Shown piece after piece: positions 1 through 9,968 of a stretch of DNA of 64,000 bases. This DNA is from an uncultured bacterium (GTDB lineage: Bacteria > Patescibacteriota > Minisyncoccia > Phycocordibacterales > CAIZLB01), in the NCBI GenBank assembly GCA_903848795.1, contig CAINHC010000021.1, forward strand, positions 11,309-75,308. Reading direction: 5' to 3'. The notes beneath the pieces were generated by a model. That model searched no databases, was not told the DNA's origin, and worked only from the letters and a program-made list of their open reading frames with translations. Each line of letters starts with the position of its first letter. The first letter of the stretch is position 1. Made by a program: the position numbers and the translations under genes.

Positions 1-293
1 CTCCCTCTGTTTTCGACCCCTCCGATTAGGATAAAAACACCCGCAGTCCCTATCTTTTTATTCATATTAGTCAAACCCATAAAACCAATAGCGATATTAT
101 CAGATAGAATTGTAAAAAATTTCTTTACCCCATCCTTCTTTTTTGCCTCATAAGTATTAAACCATTCATTTTGTGAATCCTCTGTGATAATTATATTTCG
201 CTTATTCACACTACAAAAAGCAGCCCTGTTGCTGTTTAGCCACTTAACGCGTAGTGAAATATCTTCTCTCAAATGTGAGCGAAATGTGGTCAT
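1..293 (-). CDS. GNAT N-acetyltransferase, RimJ/RimL-like (3' end outside window)
   Basis: Manual translation from ATG 293: MTTFRSHLREDISLRVKWLN...FFTILSDNIAIGFMGL...GVFILIGGVENRG; frame open to the window edge. Confidence 0.7.
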   Translation of the reverse strand, partial: MTTFRSHLREDISLRVKWLNSNRAAFCSVNKRNIIITEDSQNEWFNTYEAKKKDGVKKFFTILSDNIAIGFMGLTNMNKKIGTAGVFILIGGVENRG

Positions 294-402
294 TATATGA
301 TTATGTACTTATATGTAGTTTAAGCAATTAATATAGTGTTTGAACACATCTTTATGATTAAAGGTGGATTTAACATTGATAATACTGTATGATTTGCCCA
401 TA

Positions 403-1515
403 ATGTTATATAGAACCAAATCACCAGTTAAAAAGTCAAAGCAACCCGTGTTAGAAGCACCAAAGAGACCCTCACCGGCTGAAGACTTACCTATTTTACT
501 TAAATTTACCTTAATTCCAGGCCTTAAGTCTATTGTACTAGATGAAATATCAAAATACAGTGAATTAAAGATTACTGAGGCTGGAGAAGATAAAGTTTAT
601 CTTGATTTTATTCCTGATTTCAAAAATATTTTGGCAATGCGAAGTATTACAAACGCTTACATCACAAAGCGTGGTGCAAAATTTAATCCATATTTTATAT
701 GCAATCACAAATCTATTATCGGTGATTTGATTAAAATTGTAATCGGGGAAACAAAAAATATTTTTAAAAGTTTCAAACTACGATGTGCAGGATCTGATTC
801 TAAAGAGGTAAAGGAAATTCAAAGTTATATAGTTAGTACATTCAAACTTAGAGAATCCGAGGATGCAGATTTGGAAATTTATATTAGTAAGCCAAGCGAG
901 CTCTGGGAAATTAGCGTTAGACTCACTCCAAGACCGCTATCTCTCCGAAGTTATAGAGTTGCAAATATTAAAGGAGGACTTAATCCAACTGTTGCCTATG
1001 CGATGAATACTTATCTGGATTTAAGCGGGGAAAAATGCGGGGAAAAATCATATCTCAATGTCTTTTCTGGAAGTGGAACACTCTTAATTGAAGCGGGACT
1101 CTCTAATCCAAACCTTAAGCTTATTGGCTTTGACATAGACGGTAAAAGTAATGCTCTAGCAATACAAAATATTAAAAAAGCCGGTCTTATTAAACAGATT
1201 CATCTGAAGACGGCAGATATTTACGATAAACCACATCTTGGAAAATTTGACATGATTGTGTCGGACCTACCATTTGGTATGCAAATTTCAAGCAAAGAAA
1301 ATTTGGACAATTTATATCAGAAATTTGTCACATATTGCGAAGAGACATTAAATGAAAATGGCGGACTTGTCGCCTATACTACAGAATATAGAATATTAGA
1401 AAACGCCCTAATATCGTCCAAATTTGAAATAATCAAAACCACTGATTTGGTAATTTCAACCGCAGTCGTCAATACATATCTGTATCCGAGAATTTTTGTT
1501 TGCAAACTTAAGTAG
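403..1515 (+). CDS. SAM-dependent RNA methyltransferase (UPF0020/Trm14/RlmL-like)
   Basis: Motif I NVFSGSGTLLIE, GFDID, DLPFG; ORF track starts at 364, ATG 403 preferred. Confidence 0.75.
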   Translation: MLYRTKSPVKKSKQPVLEAPKRPSPAEDLPILLKFTLIPGLKSIVLDEISKYSELKITEAGEDKVYLDFIPDFKNILAMRSITNAYITKRGAKFNPYFICNHKSIIGDLIKIVIGETKNIFKSFKLRCAGSDSKEVKEIQSYIVSTFKLRESEDADLEIYISKPSELWEISVRLTPRPLSLRSYRVANIKGGLNPTVAYAMNTYLDLSGEKCGEKSYLNVFSGSGTLLIEAGLSNPNLKLIGFDIDGKSNALAIQNIKKAGLIKQIHLKTADIYDKPHLGKFDMIVSDLPFGMQISSKENLDNLYQKFVTYCEETLNENGGLVAYTTEYRILENALISSKFEIIKTTDLVISTAVVNTYLYPRIFVCKLK

Positions 1516-1562
1516 CAAAAAATATAGACACAGCTCGCACGCGTGTTTTGGCGCGATCAATT

Positions 1563-2348
1563 TTAGAGAAGCTCTTTAATTATTTCTTTCGTTTGCTCTT
1601 TTCCAGAAACATTAACGCAATCAACCCCATCCTCCTTTACAGAATAATCATTTCCGTTTGGAACAACTTCATCACCGATAAATAGCATTCTCTCCAGTGG
1701 TATATTTAGAAAATCACGAAGCTTGTTTACACCGTATGCTTTATTCACTCCTTTAATTGTAACATCAACTGATGTTAAACCACCCATGGAAACATCAAAA
1801 AGAGGGATTTTATCCTTTAAAATATTAACAATAGCTTGACGCTTACTTTTATCTGGATCCCACGCCTTCTTTAGTTCAAGTGGTGCTTGTTGACCAAGGG
1901 CTGAGAAGGTTATTTGCGACTCCCGATCTTCTACTCTCTCGCCAAAAACATGTTCTGGCAAAATAAACCCAGTCTCAACCCAAGCCTCCTCAATACACTT
2001 AATGATATTCTTCCTATCCTCAGGGGAAATATTTTCAGAATAGCCTTCATGCCACCCTGCAGAAAGTTCTGCACTATTTTTTTCAATTCCTCTATCTTTC
2101 CATGCGTACATTCTCGTTCCTGTTGTTGGTAGCAAGAATAAATTTTTAAGCAACTCAGTACTTGCCGGCAAATTACTTAGAAACTGTTTTTCAAATTGAA
2201 TAAACATTCCTCCAGAAATAACTGCTACTTTTCTCTTTTTCAAAAGTTCAATAATCAAATCTGCCATATCATTATCAAGTGGAGACTTGCTATCAGCGAG
2301 AGTTCCATCGAGATCGAATATGATAAGTTCTTTTTCTTGGTAGTTCAT
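1563..2348 (-). CDS. HAD-IIB hydrolase, phosphomannomutase-like
   Basis: FDLDGTL, ISGG, KAYG, GDEVVPNGNDY; EDRESQITFSALGQ resembles eukaryotic-type PMM; lies in mannose cluster. Confidence 0.8.
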   Translation of the reverse strand: MNYQEKELIIFDLDGTLADSKSPLDNDMADLIIELLKKRKVAVISGGMFIQFEKQFLSNLPASTELLKNLFLLPTTGTRMYAWKDRGIEKNSAELSAGWHEGYSENISPEDRKNIIKCIEEAWVETGFILPEHVFGERVEDRESQITFSALGQQAPLELKKAWDPDKSKRQAIVNILKDKIPLFDVSMGGLTSVDVTIKGVNKAYGVNKLRDFLNIPLERMLFIGDEVVPNGNDYSVKEDGVDCVNVSGKEQTKEIIKELL

Positions 2349-2407
2349 GTTGTTTTGTTAATTTGATTTTTTGTTAATTTTTTTTGATTCGCTTTGGGTA
2401 TTTTAAT

Positions 2408-4315
2408 CTATAATCTTAATTTGTTTAATAAATCTTCTAATTTAATTGTAGCAACTCCCGTCACACTATCACCTGCTCCATAATATATATAGGCTCGGTC
2501 TTCTCTCATAACCAAACTACATGGAAATACCACCTTAGGAACTAATCCATTCACCTCATAAGGTGCCTCTGGTTCAAAAATCGGAGCAGCAGTCTTTGCT
2601 TTTACAACTGTTGGGTTTTCTAGGTCAAGTAAAAGCGCACCGACTCTATATGTCTTATTTTTGGAAATTCCGTGGTACAAAATCAGCCAGCCTTCAGCGG
2701 TTTTGAGTGGTGGACCAGCGATACCAATTTTAACACCATCCCACATACCAGGTTCGGGGTTTAGTATATCTATACACTTTGTAATTTTTTCTTTTGTAAA
2801 ATCAAGAGTTTCGACAAAGTCAGCACAAATACTATTATCAACTCTATGAATTATCATGTACTTTCCGTGTATCTTTTCTGGGAAAATAACTGCGTCTTTG
2901 ATGGGAATATTTGGCGGGGTAATTACATTTGGCATTGACCATTGTTCCCATTTTCTAGCAAGAAAATCATCGACGGAAATTGAACTCACTGCAACTCTTG
3001 GAGTTATGCCGTTATAGGCAGTGTAAGTCATGTATATAATATCTCCAATTCTAATTAAACGTGGGTCTTCACATCCATAATTATTATTTGCTCCATCATC
3101 TCTTTTTTCAAAATCAGCACGAGGAGTATATATTGGCATTTTTGGACGCTCATCGATTTTTAGTCCATCCTTACTATACGCATACCCCAGGACAGAAACA
3201 TTTCCAGCAGAGGCCGCACGATAGATAATGTGAGTCTCGCCATTCAAGTTAATCACCGCAGGATTTATTGTACCACCAGCTTCCCATGCCACCCCATCAC
3301 GAGGAGAAAGTATTGGGTTGCCTGCAAATCTCTTGAATTTATGCTCAAGCATTGAGTCAGTCATTAGACTCAATAAGTTTTCTAAATTAACAAAAGCAAC
3401 AGCGCAATGTGTATCAGCTCCCCCGTAATATATTTCCAATCGACCGCCCTTAACTAGAGTTCCTGTTGGAAATATAATATTGGAAACATGACCAGTCTTT
3501 TCGTAATACGTACTTGGAACCATAAATGGACCATTTGTCCTTCCAATAATTCTTCTTGGATTTTCCAAATCAAGTAATACTGCTTCAACTCCAAATATTG
3601 GATTCTGAGTTGAATAGTCTTGAATGTGGGAATATATAACAAGCCAGCCCTTTTCTGTCTTAAGTGGCGGGGTTCCCATCTCAACCTGATCACTATCTTT
3701 TCTTCGTAGATTTATTTTATGCTGGTCTCCTTCCTTCAGCCAATCATGCCATTTTTGGTCATTCCACAGATCTTCAGGCTTATCAAATTCTACATAACAA
3801 ATATCAGCTGGCCATTTGTCAGTGTTAATCGTGACGAGTCCTGCGATTTTGCCATTTATTTTCTCTGAGAACAAAGCCATTGCCTTTGCATTAAAAGGTG
3901 TAACTAAATGTTTCTCTTTAACAGTATTCAAATCATCACTTAAAGCGACTGCCACTTTTATATTATCAGCTGAGAAAGGATAGCCACCGAGCGCGGTGTA
4001 GAATGTATAATATACGCCATCAATTTTTGTTATTCTTGGATCTTCACACCCATATTTGTCATAGTCTTCACTTGGGCCAAAAAATTGTCTACGATTTTCA
4101 AAATTAATTCCATCTATCGATTCGGCAATACCAATAACAGAAGTACTTATGTGAGGCTCCATCAAATGATCTGGTTCAGACATCGCTCTATAAACAATGT
4201 GAGTCTTTTCACCTGAGACAATCGGACAACCATTAAAAGAAGAGTGGGCTTCCCATGGATGTTCCTGAATGGGTGAAAGTATTGGATTATGTTCTAGTCT
4301 ATTTAGTGTAAACAT
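2408..4315 (-). CDS. Tandem double-domain GH130 mannoside phosphorylase/glycosidase
   Basis: Two copies of NPILSP...FN...GCEDPR...YTA...YYG. Confidence 0.85.
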   Translation of the reverse strand: MFTLNRLEHNPILSPIQEHPWEAHSSFNGCPIVSGEKTHIVYRAMSEPDHLMEPHISTSVIGIAESIDGINFENRRQFFGPSEDYDKYGCEDPRITKIDGVYYTFYTALGGYPFSADNIKVAVALSDDLNTVKEKHLVTPFNAKAMALFSEKINGKIAGLVTINTDKWPADICYVEFDKPEDLWNDQKWHDWLKEGDQHKINLRRKDSDQVEMGTPPLKTEKGWLVIYSHIQDYSTQNPIFGVEAVLLDLENPRRIIGRTNGPFMVPSTYYEKTGHVSNIIFPTGTLVKGGRLEIYYGGADTHCAVAFVNLENLLSLMTDSMLEHKFKRFAGNPILSPRDGVAWEAGGTINPAVINLNGETHIIYRAASAGNVSVLGYAYSKDGLKIDERPKMPIYTPRADFEKRDDGANNNYGCEDPRLIRIGDIIYMTYTAYNGITPRVAVSSISVDDFLARKWEQWSMPNVITPPNIPIKDAVIFPEKIHGKYMIIHRVDNSICADFVETLDFTKEKITKCIDILNPEPGMWDGVKIGIAGPPLKTAEGWLILYHGISKNKTYRVGALLLDLENPTVVKAKTAAPIFEPEAPYEVNGLVPKVVFPCSLVMREDRAYIYYGAGDSVTGVATIKLEDLLNKLRL

Positions 4316-4380
4316 TTGATTTTTATTTTTCGAAATTTTTATATTTTAACTTTTGGATTCTGACACAATTTTTAAAAATA

Positions 4381-5517
4381 TTAATTGGTTTTGCCATATT
4401 TTTTAAGCCAAGCTAATAAAGGCTTTAATGGGGTCTTGGCAACACAAACAGTTTTGTCTCCCCCACCATAATAAACATACAAATCATCATCCAAAACCAA
4501 AGCTCCAGAGGCATATACAACTCCAGGCTTTCCATCATTTTCATAGTGTGCATCAGGCTCAAGTATTGGATAAATAGATCTGTAAAGAATAACACTTGGA
4601 TCCTTCAAGTCTAGTATCATACATCCAACCTTGTATTTGTTAGGATCCTTTTTATCCATCGCATGATAAAGCAAGAGCCAGCCTAACTTTGTCTTCACTG
4701 GAGGAGAGCCAGCTCCTCGCATCCAATTATCCCATTTATCTTCTCGTCCGCCAGATGGAGCCTTACTCTTTATAAATTCATCGCTCTTAATATAATTAAT
4801 ATCATCAACGTAACTTATTTGTACCTTTGGAGAGACACTGTGAAGTATTGCCATCTTTCCATTTATTTTTTCTGGAAATAAAACCCAATTTTTATTTACC
4901 TCGGTGATAGAGGAAATAAACTTCGGCTTTTTCCAATTCCATTTTCCAGCTTTTAAATCTTCCATTGAAATGGAAGTGAGAGCTATTCTAACCGACTGCC
5001 ATCCTTCAAAAGCGGTGTAAGTCATGTAAACTCTTCCATCCATCACAATGGCACGAGGATCCTCACATCCTCCCCAACTACCGCCAGAACTGTAAATATC
5101 TGTATCGTAATATTTTGGACCGCTAACAACATCTCTTTCTCCGGACTCTTTCAAAATATCATATGAAGGCGGAGTACAAAAAACATAAACAGGATATGGA
5201 GTTTTTGTTGGAAAATTTACTCCATCCATACTTTTTGCATGACCTATACGAGATATACCATCGTCACCTATTGCTCTGTAGAATAGGTGGACAAAACCCT
5301 CATCGTCCTTTATAGCAGCTGGATTAAAAGTTCCGACAGTTTCCCATCCACTATATGGCTTTGGTTGAATTATTGGATTGTTTTCATATCTAATCAAAGC
5401 GAAACGATCTGGTACAACTCTCTTTTTATAAAGATTGACTAGGTGTTTGATGAAATAAACAACACAAACTACCAACCCAACTGATAGAGTAATTAAGATT
5501 AATAAGTTTAAGGTCAT
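4381..5517 (-). CDS. GH130 protein with N-terminal transmembrane anchor
   Basis: Hydrophobic N-terminus; NPII, FNPAA, GCEDPR, KNWVLFPEKING, YYGGGD. Confidence 0.85.
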   Translation of the reverse strand: MTLNLLILITLSVGLVVCVVYFIKHLVNLYKKRVVPDRFALIRYENNPIIQPKPYSGWETVGTFNPAAIKDDEGFVHLFYRAIGDDGISRIGHAKSMDGVNFPTKTPYPVYVFCTPPSYDILKESGERDVVSGPKYYDTDIYSSGGSWGGCEDPRAIVMDGRVYMTYTAFEGWQSVRIALTSISMEDLKAGKWNWKKPKFISSITEVNKNWVLFPEKINGKMAILHSVSPKVQISYVDDINYIKSDEFIKSKAPSGGREDKWDNWMRGAGSPPVKTKLGWLLLYHAMDKKDPNKYKVGCMILDLKDPSVILYRSIYPILEPDAHYENDGKPGVVYASGALVLDDDLYVYYGGGDKTVCVAKTPLKPLLAWLKKYGKTN

Positions 5518-5885
5518 TATTTTATTTGACTAGGTCTGTTATATTTATCTTCGACACGGACAATATCATTTTCATTAAAATTGCCGTACGCTATTTCTAA
5601 TAAAACCACATCTTCACTTCCCGCCTCTATTCTATGCAAACTCTTGCGAGGTACAAAGTAATCTTCTCCAGCTACGACATCTTTTCTTGCACCTCCAACT
5701 GTTGCGACACCATTACCAGAAATTATTCTCCAAAACTCATCTCTATCGTCGTGATATTGCAAACTAAAGGCCTGGCCTTTCTCAACTGTAATTATTTTTA
5801 CAGTACAAGGCTGGTTTTTTACAAATTCTACAAAATTACCCCATGGTCTGCTTTCTTGATACGGTTTTGAAGGGTTTTGTTCCAT
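5517..5885 (-). CDS. Mannose-6-phosphate isomerase-like cupin (type II PMI C-terminal domain)
   Basis: RPWG, SLQYH..RDEFW, HRI, EIAYG.F.E.DIVR.ED.Y.R. Confidence 0.85.
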   Translation of the reverse strand: MEQNPSKPYQESRPWGNFVEFVKNQPCTVKIITVEKGQAFSLQYHDDRDEFWRIISGNGVATVGGARKDVVAGEDYFVPRKSLHRIEAGSEDVVLLEIAYGNFNENDIVRVEDKYNRPSQIK

Positions 5886-6007
5886 AGTGTTAGATAAAAA
5901 TTGTGTTAAATTTATGGATTAATTATAGCACACCACCCTGCACTCGAGGTCAAAAGTTATCCACTTATTTGAGTCTTATTTGAATGGGTTGGCTAACCTC
6001 ATTTATC

Positions 6008-6185
6008 TTAATTTTCTTTAACAGTACACTCTTTCAAATATTTATCAGCGGATTCTGCATTCATGATTTTTATACTCTTTTGGTATCCAAAGTACTCCAT
6101 AATTAGTTTCTGTTCCTCTGTCACATCTCATGTGAATACGTCTATCGCAGTTTTTGGGGATTTCTATTATAGCTTTGTAGTTCAT
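6008..6185 (-). pseudogene. Probable internally deleted inorganic pyrophosphatase-like remnant
   Basis: MNYKAIIEIPKNCDRRIHM (IEIPK is the family I PPase N-terminal motif) joined out of frame to DVTEEQKLIMEYFGYQKSIKIMNAESADKYLKECTVKEN*. Confidence 0.45.
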
Positions 6186-6196
6186 GTTTTTTCAGC

Positions 6197-7420
6197 CTAT
6201 ATGGATTTAATATTGAAGTAACTCGATGAATTCACCGGTGCGGTATTATCTGTTTTGTTTTTAAAATACAAAGCATATCCATCAGCCTGATGGATATTAG
6301 CAGGAACCTTAAATGTTATATTCTTTGTCTTTGAATCAACAAAACCAAGAAATACAGAGCTATAGTTTTCCGTTAGTGAAGGTGTTATTTTATTTAATTC
6401 ATTATACAAGAAAACATTATAGTCTGCAGATGGCAAATCATAATTACTCCAGGTCATGTTATAAGTTTGTCCAGGTCGCAGTACAGCAAAAGGTCCCATC
6501 GAAAATTTAATCGAAACAACATCCGTTGATGAGGCTGTGGTAGAAGTTGCATTAGTTCCAGATGACGGAGCTGGTGGAACAACATTCACTGGATTAGTTG
6601 TAGCTGGTCCAGCCTTTATCTCAAAATCTCTTGACGATGACACCGGAACATTATTATCAGACTTGTTTTTAAAGTACAAGCCATAATCAGTATTGGGATG
6701 CATATTAGCAGGAATCTTAAATACAAGATTCTTTGTTTTTGCATCAACGTACCCTAGGAATACAGAGCTATAGTTTTCCGTTAGTGAAGGTTTTATTTCA
6801 TTAGATGGACTATATAAGAAAATATTATAATTTGCAGAAGGTGCGTCGTAATTACTCCAAGTTACACTATAAGTCTGTCCTGCCAGTAGTACCTTGGGTA
6901 ACTTTGAATATGTAAGTGGTATAGCGTCTGTTAATGAAGCGGTGGATATTGATGCAGAATCTGTAGATCCGGCTGATGGCGCCTGTAGGAAGACAACATT
7001 TGTGGGAGTGGAAGTCGGAGTAGTTGTTCCAGCTAATGAATAGTTTGTTGAGGTAGCTACCGGACCAGTTGTTGCCTCAGCGCAATCAATTTGCTTAATC
7101 TTCGCTCTTGTTAATGAACCAACATATCCAGTTGGAGAAATATTATTATCCTTCTGGAAAGCCTTAACAGCAATAAGGGTCGCACGGCCAAAGAATCCGG
7201 TTGGTTGCGCAGTTAAATAATTTTTAGTATTTAAAAAATCTTGCAAAATAGAAATGTCAGTAGCCCCACTTGAATCTCTAGTTCCATATTTAAGATTATT
7301 ATTAATGATCGCACAAGCCTGAGAGCCTGTTGGATCAACGTCGCTCTGCTGTGCAAATATTAATGAAGGAGTTAATAAAAGCACCAACACCAAAACACTA
7401 TACAAAATACTTTTTTTCAT
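6197..7420 (-). CDS. Secreted protein with peptidoglycan-binding domain and two Ig-like repeats
   Basis: Signal peptide; LQDFL...TGFFGRATLIAVKAFQ...PTGYVGSLTR; two ~90-aa repeats GQTY..TWSNYD...PSLTENYSSVFLG. Confidence 0.75.
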   Translation of the reverse strand: MKKSILYSVLVLVLLLTPSLIFAQQSDVDPTGSQACAIINNNLKYGTRDSSGATDISILQDFLNTKNYLTAQPTGFFGRATLIAVKAFQKDNNISPTGYVGSLTRAKIKQIDCAEATTGPVATSTNYSLAGTTTPTSTPTNVVFLQAPSAGSTDSASISTASLTDAIPLTYSKLPKVLLAGQTYSVTWSNYDAPSANYNIFLYSPSNEIKPSLTENYSSVFLGYVDAKTKNLVFKIPANMHPNTDYGLYFKNKSDNNVPVSSSRDFEIKAGPATTNPVNVVPPAPSSGTNATSTTASSTDVVSIKFSMGPFAVLRPGQTYNMTWSNYDLPSADYNVFLYNELNKITPSLTENYSSVFLGFVDSKTKNITFKVPANIHQADGYALYFKNKTDNTAPVNSSSYFNIKSI

Positions 7421-7448
7421 GAATTTTATAAATTTAATTCTTAATGGA

Positions 7449-7994
7449 TTAATTATACAACACCATCTCCGTTATTTCCAACATCTCTCCATCTGACCCC
7501 TTAAATCTTTCATCAAAGGTCTTTTTACCAGTTTCAACAAAACCTTGTTTTTTATAAAAGCCCACCCCTCGGGAGTTAAGGGAAAATACATCTAAATACG
7601 TATCTTTGTTTTTATCCAACAAACCGTGTGCTTTATCATACAATTCTTTAGCAAGCCCTTGACCCTTGAATTCTGGCATGACATACAAAGCCTCTATTGT
7701 ATTTTTATCTTCATGTTTTTCAGCAAAACAACATCCGACAACTTTTTCTTCATCTTTCCCATCGTTGTCATTAGTCATTTTTGCGACCATAAGAATATTA
7801 TCATCCGTAAAATTAGCAATGCCTTTTTCCAACCCCTCGGCTGCCTTTTGTGCTTTTTCTGGAGGAAAATGATTATTTATCTCCTCCTCCGACCAACCGC
7901 AAAGTTTGTACATCCCTTTGGATGATTCAATTGTTAATGATTGGATACCATAGGCGTCGGAAGGGATAGCTTTTGATATTTTGACGTTGTTCAT
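7449..7994 (-). CDS. GNAT N-acetyltransferase
   Basis: LYVMPEFKGQGLA, N.RGVGFYKKQGF. Confidence 0.85.
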   Translation of the reverse strand: MNNVKISKAIPSDAYGIQSLTIESSKGMYKLCGWSEEEINNHFPPEKAQKAAEGLEKGIANFTDDNILMVAKMTNDNDGKDEEKVVGCCFAEKHEDKNTIEALYVMPEFKGQGLAKELYDKAHGLLDKNKDTYLDVFSLNSRGVGFYKKQGFVETGKKTFDERFKGSDGEMLEITEMVLYN

Positions 7995-8001
7995 TTTATA
8001 T

Positions 8002-9255
8002 CTATTTATTAAGCGCATTCCTTGTTGCTGGACCAAGCGCTCCTGTTTGTGTAAGCTTCTTCGCCTTTTGGAATTTCTTTACTGCGGTTTCAGTAAGTGG
8101 ACCAAACTTTCCATTAATAGGGCCGGTATAAAAATCTAGCTTCTTAAGTGTAGTTTGCAACTCAGTAACTTCCTTGCCAGTTGAACCACTCTTAATTGAA
8201 GTTGAGAATTTATATTTGGTTGCAGATACGGTTGTATTGGATGATTCCACTGATGTATTAACTACGGGATTTGCGACAACAGTGTTAGGAGTAGAAACTA
8301 CAGCAGGTGTGGGTACAGGAGTTGAAACCTGAGAAATATTATTTTGATCTAAAATTAAACTCATCTGTGCCGTTCTTCCATTAAAGTCATTCAACGCCAA
8401 AACTACTGGAATTGTTGATCCTTCATTCCCTGTCACAATATAACTTGAAGTATAAGGACTACTACCAGAAACACCAATTCTCTTTCCAGCAAAAGAAGCC
8501 CACGCAGTATTCACTTGATTTGGCTGATTTGCGCTGAAGCTAAGGGAGATGGTCGAACCAGGACTTAAAAAATTTCCGTTGACATTACTTGATGAAAGAG
8601 TAAATGACGAGAATGATATAGCGGGACTGTTGTTTGTATTTGTTTGATTAACTGCACCTGTATTAACAACTACAATTACTAAGTTTGAACACTGACCATC
8701 ACTTTCACAAACATTAAGAGTTGCACCACCAAAAGCATTAGCGTAGATGTTAACATTATTTCCATTTATTGTTGCTGCTACCACACTACTATTTGAATTA
8801 CTTGCTATACCATAGCCCCCATTGCCATTAAGCCCAATTGATAGACTTTGACCAACATTAAGAGTTATATTGTTTTGACTGAAAATCGGATAACCATTTG
8901 TGGTTGTGTTCGTTGAACATGTACTATTACCACTTGCTGACCATGGAATCATCAGGGATTGCTGATTGTTTACAATGACGTACGCTGTTTGATTACAACC
9001 CGCGAGATTGTGCGTATTTGAACCAAAGGTCGTAGAAAAATTACCATTCTGATCTGTCGAACCAACGTAAGCAGACGATCCTCCAAAATGAAGATCGATG
9101 AGCGAGTTGGGATCTCCATAAACTGTTATCTTGCTCATTGTATTATCCACTGGGCTCAGGGACAATGTTGGAATAACGGATGCATTTGCCTTGGAAGCAA
9201 GCAAAAAAAGTATTCCAAAAAGTACCAATAATAAATTATTTTTAATAGTTTTCAT
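8002..9255 (-). CDS. Secreted Asn/Ser/Thr-rich surface protein with C-terminal peptidoglycan-binding domain
   Basis: Signal peptide; C-terminal GSTGKEVTELQ...GKFGPLTETAVKKFQ...TGALGPATR. Confidence 0.75.
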   Translation of the reverse strand: MKTIKNNLLLVLFGILFLLASKANASVIPTLSLSPVDNTMSKITVYGDPNSLIDLHFGGSSAYVGSTDQNGNFSTTFGSNTHNLAGCNQTAYVIVNNQQSLMIPWSASGNSTCSTNTTTNGYPIFSQNNITLNVGQSLSIGLNGNGGYGIASNSNSSVVAATINGNNVNIYANAFGGATLNVCESDGQCSNLVIVVVNTGAVNQTNTNNSPAISFSSFTLSSSNVNGNFLSPGSTISLSFSANQPNQVNTAWASFAGKRIGVSGSSPYTSSYIVTGNEGSTIPVVLALNDFNGRTAQMSLILDQNNISQVSTPVPTPAVVSTPNTVVANPVVNTSVESSNTTVSATKYKFSTSIKSGSTGKEVTELQTTLKKLDFYTGPINGKFGPLTETAVKKFQKAKKLTQTGALGPATRNALNK

Positions 9256-9384
9256 TTTGTAGTTGTTGTAGTTGTAATATATTGAATAATGAGTTTATTA
9301 TACCATTATTTAGTGATTATTCTCAATTACTTACTCTACCAATAATATATGTCTTTCTTCTTAAACAATGCTAGAATAGCATTC

Positions 9385-9873
9385 ATGATATTAACCACGC
9401 ACGCATCTGTAGGAGCAACACTCGCTGTCCTTATACCCAGCAACCCGATTTTGGGTTTTGCAATAGGCTTTGGAAGTCACTTCATTTTAGACTCAATTCC
9501 CCATTGGGATTACAAATTACGAAGTAGTAAAAGAAATAAACAAAAGCCACTTACCAACGACATTATTATCGGAAAAGATTTTTATATTGATTTAATAAAA
9601 ATAGGACTCGATGCACTACTGGGACTTGCGCTTCCTTTATTTTTCCTTGGATTTTTACAACATCAATTAATTCTAATGATTTTATGTGGAGCGATCGGTG
9701 GTATGACTCCAGACTTTTTGCAGTTCGTATATTTTAAATGGAGACACGAACCACTTATTAGTCTACAGAAATTTCATATCTCTATGCATGCAAAAACTGG
9801 TCTGAATGATAAACCACTTCTAGGTGTTTTATGTCAGACAGCGATTATTGTGATTGCATTTGCATTAGTTTAA
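9385..9873 (+). CDS. Membrane protein, metal-dependent hydrolase-like (His/Asp motifs)
   Basis: MILTTHASVG, SHFILDSIPHWD, PDF, FH; several TM helices. Confidence 0.55.
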   Translation: MILTTHASVGATLAVLIPSNPILGFAIGFGSHFILDSIPHWDYKLRSSKRNKQKPLTNDIIIGKDFYIDLIKIGLDALLGLALPLFFLGFLQHQLILMILCGAIGGMTPDFLQFVYFKWRHEPLISLQKFHISMHAKTGLNDKPLLGVLCQTAIIVIAFALV

Positions 9874-9968
9874 GATTTTAAGTTATTGATTGTGAATTAG
9901 GACACAGATTAAGCTACAATTATGCCGTATTTGCTTGTGGAGACGGGCCAGGGTGTTATACTTCAGAT

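Noticed and set aside
6197-7420. Possible DGR template/variable repeat pair
   Set aside because: Both repeats are in frame in one ORF, mismatches are not adenine-specific, and there is no reverse transcriptase in the window.
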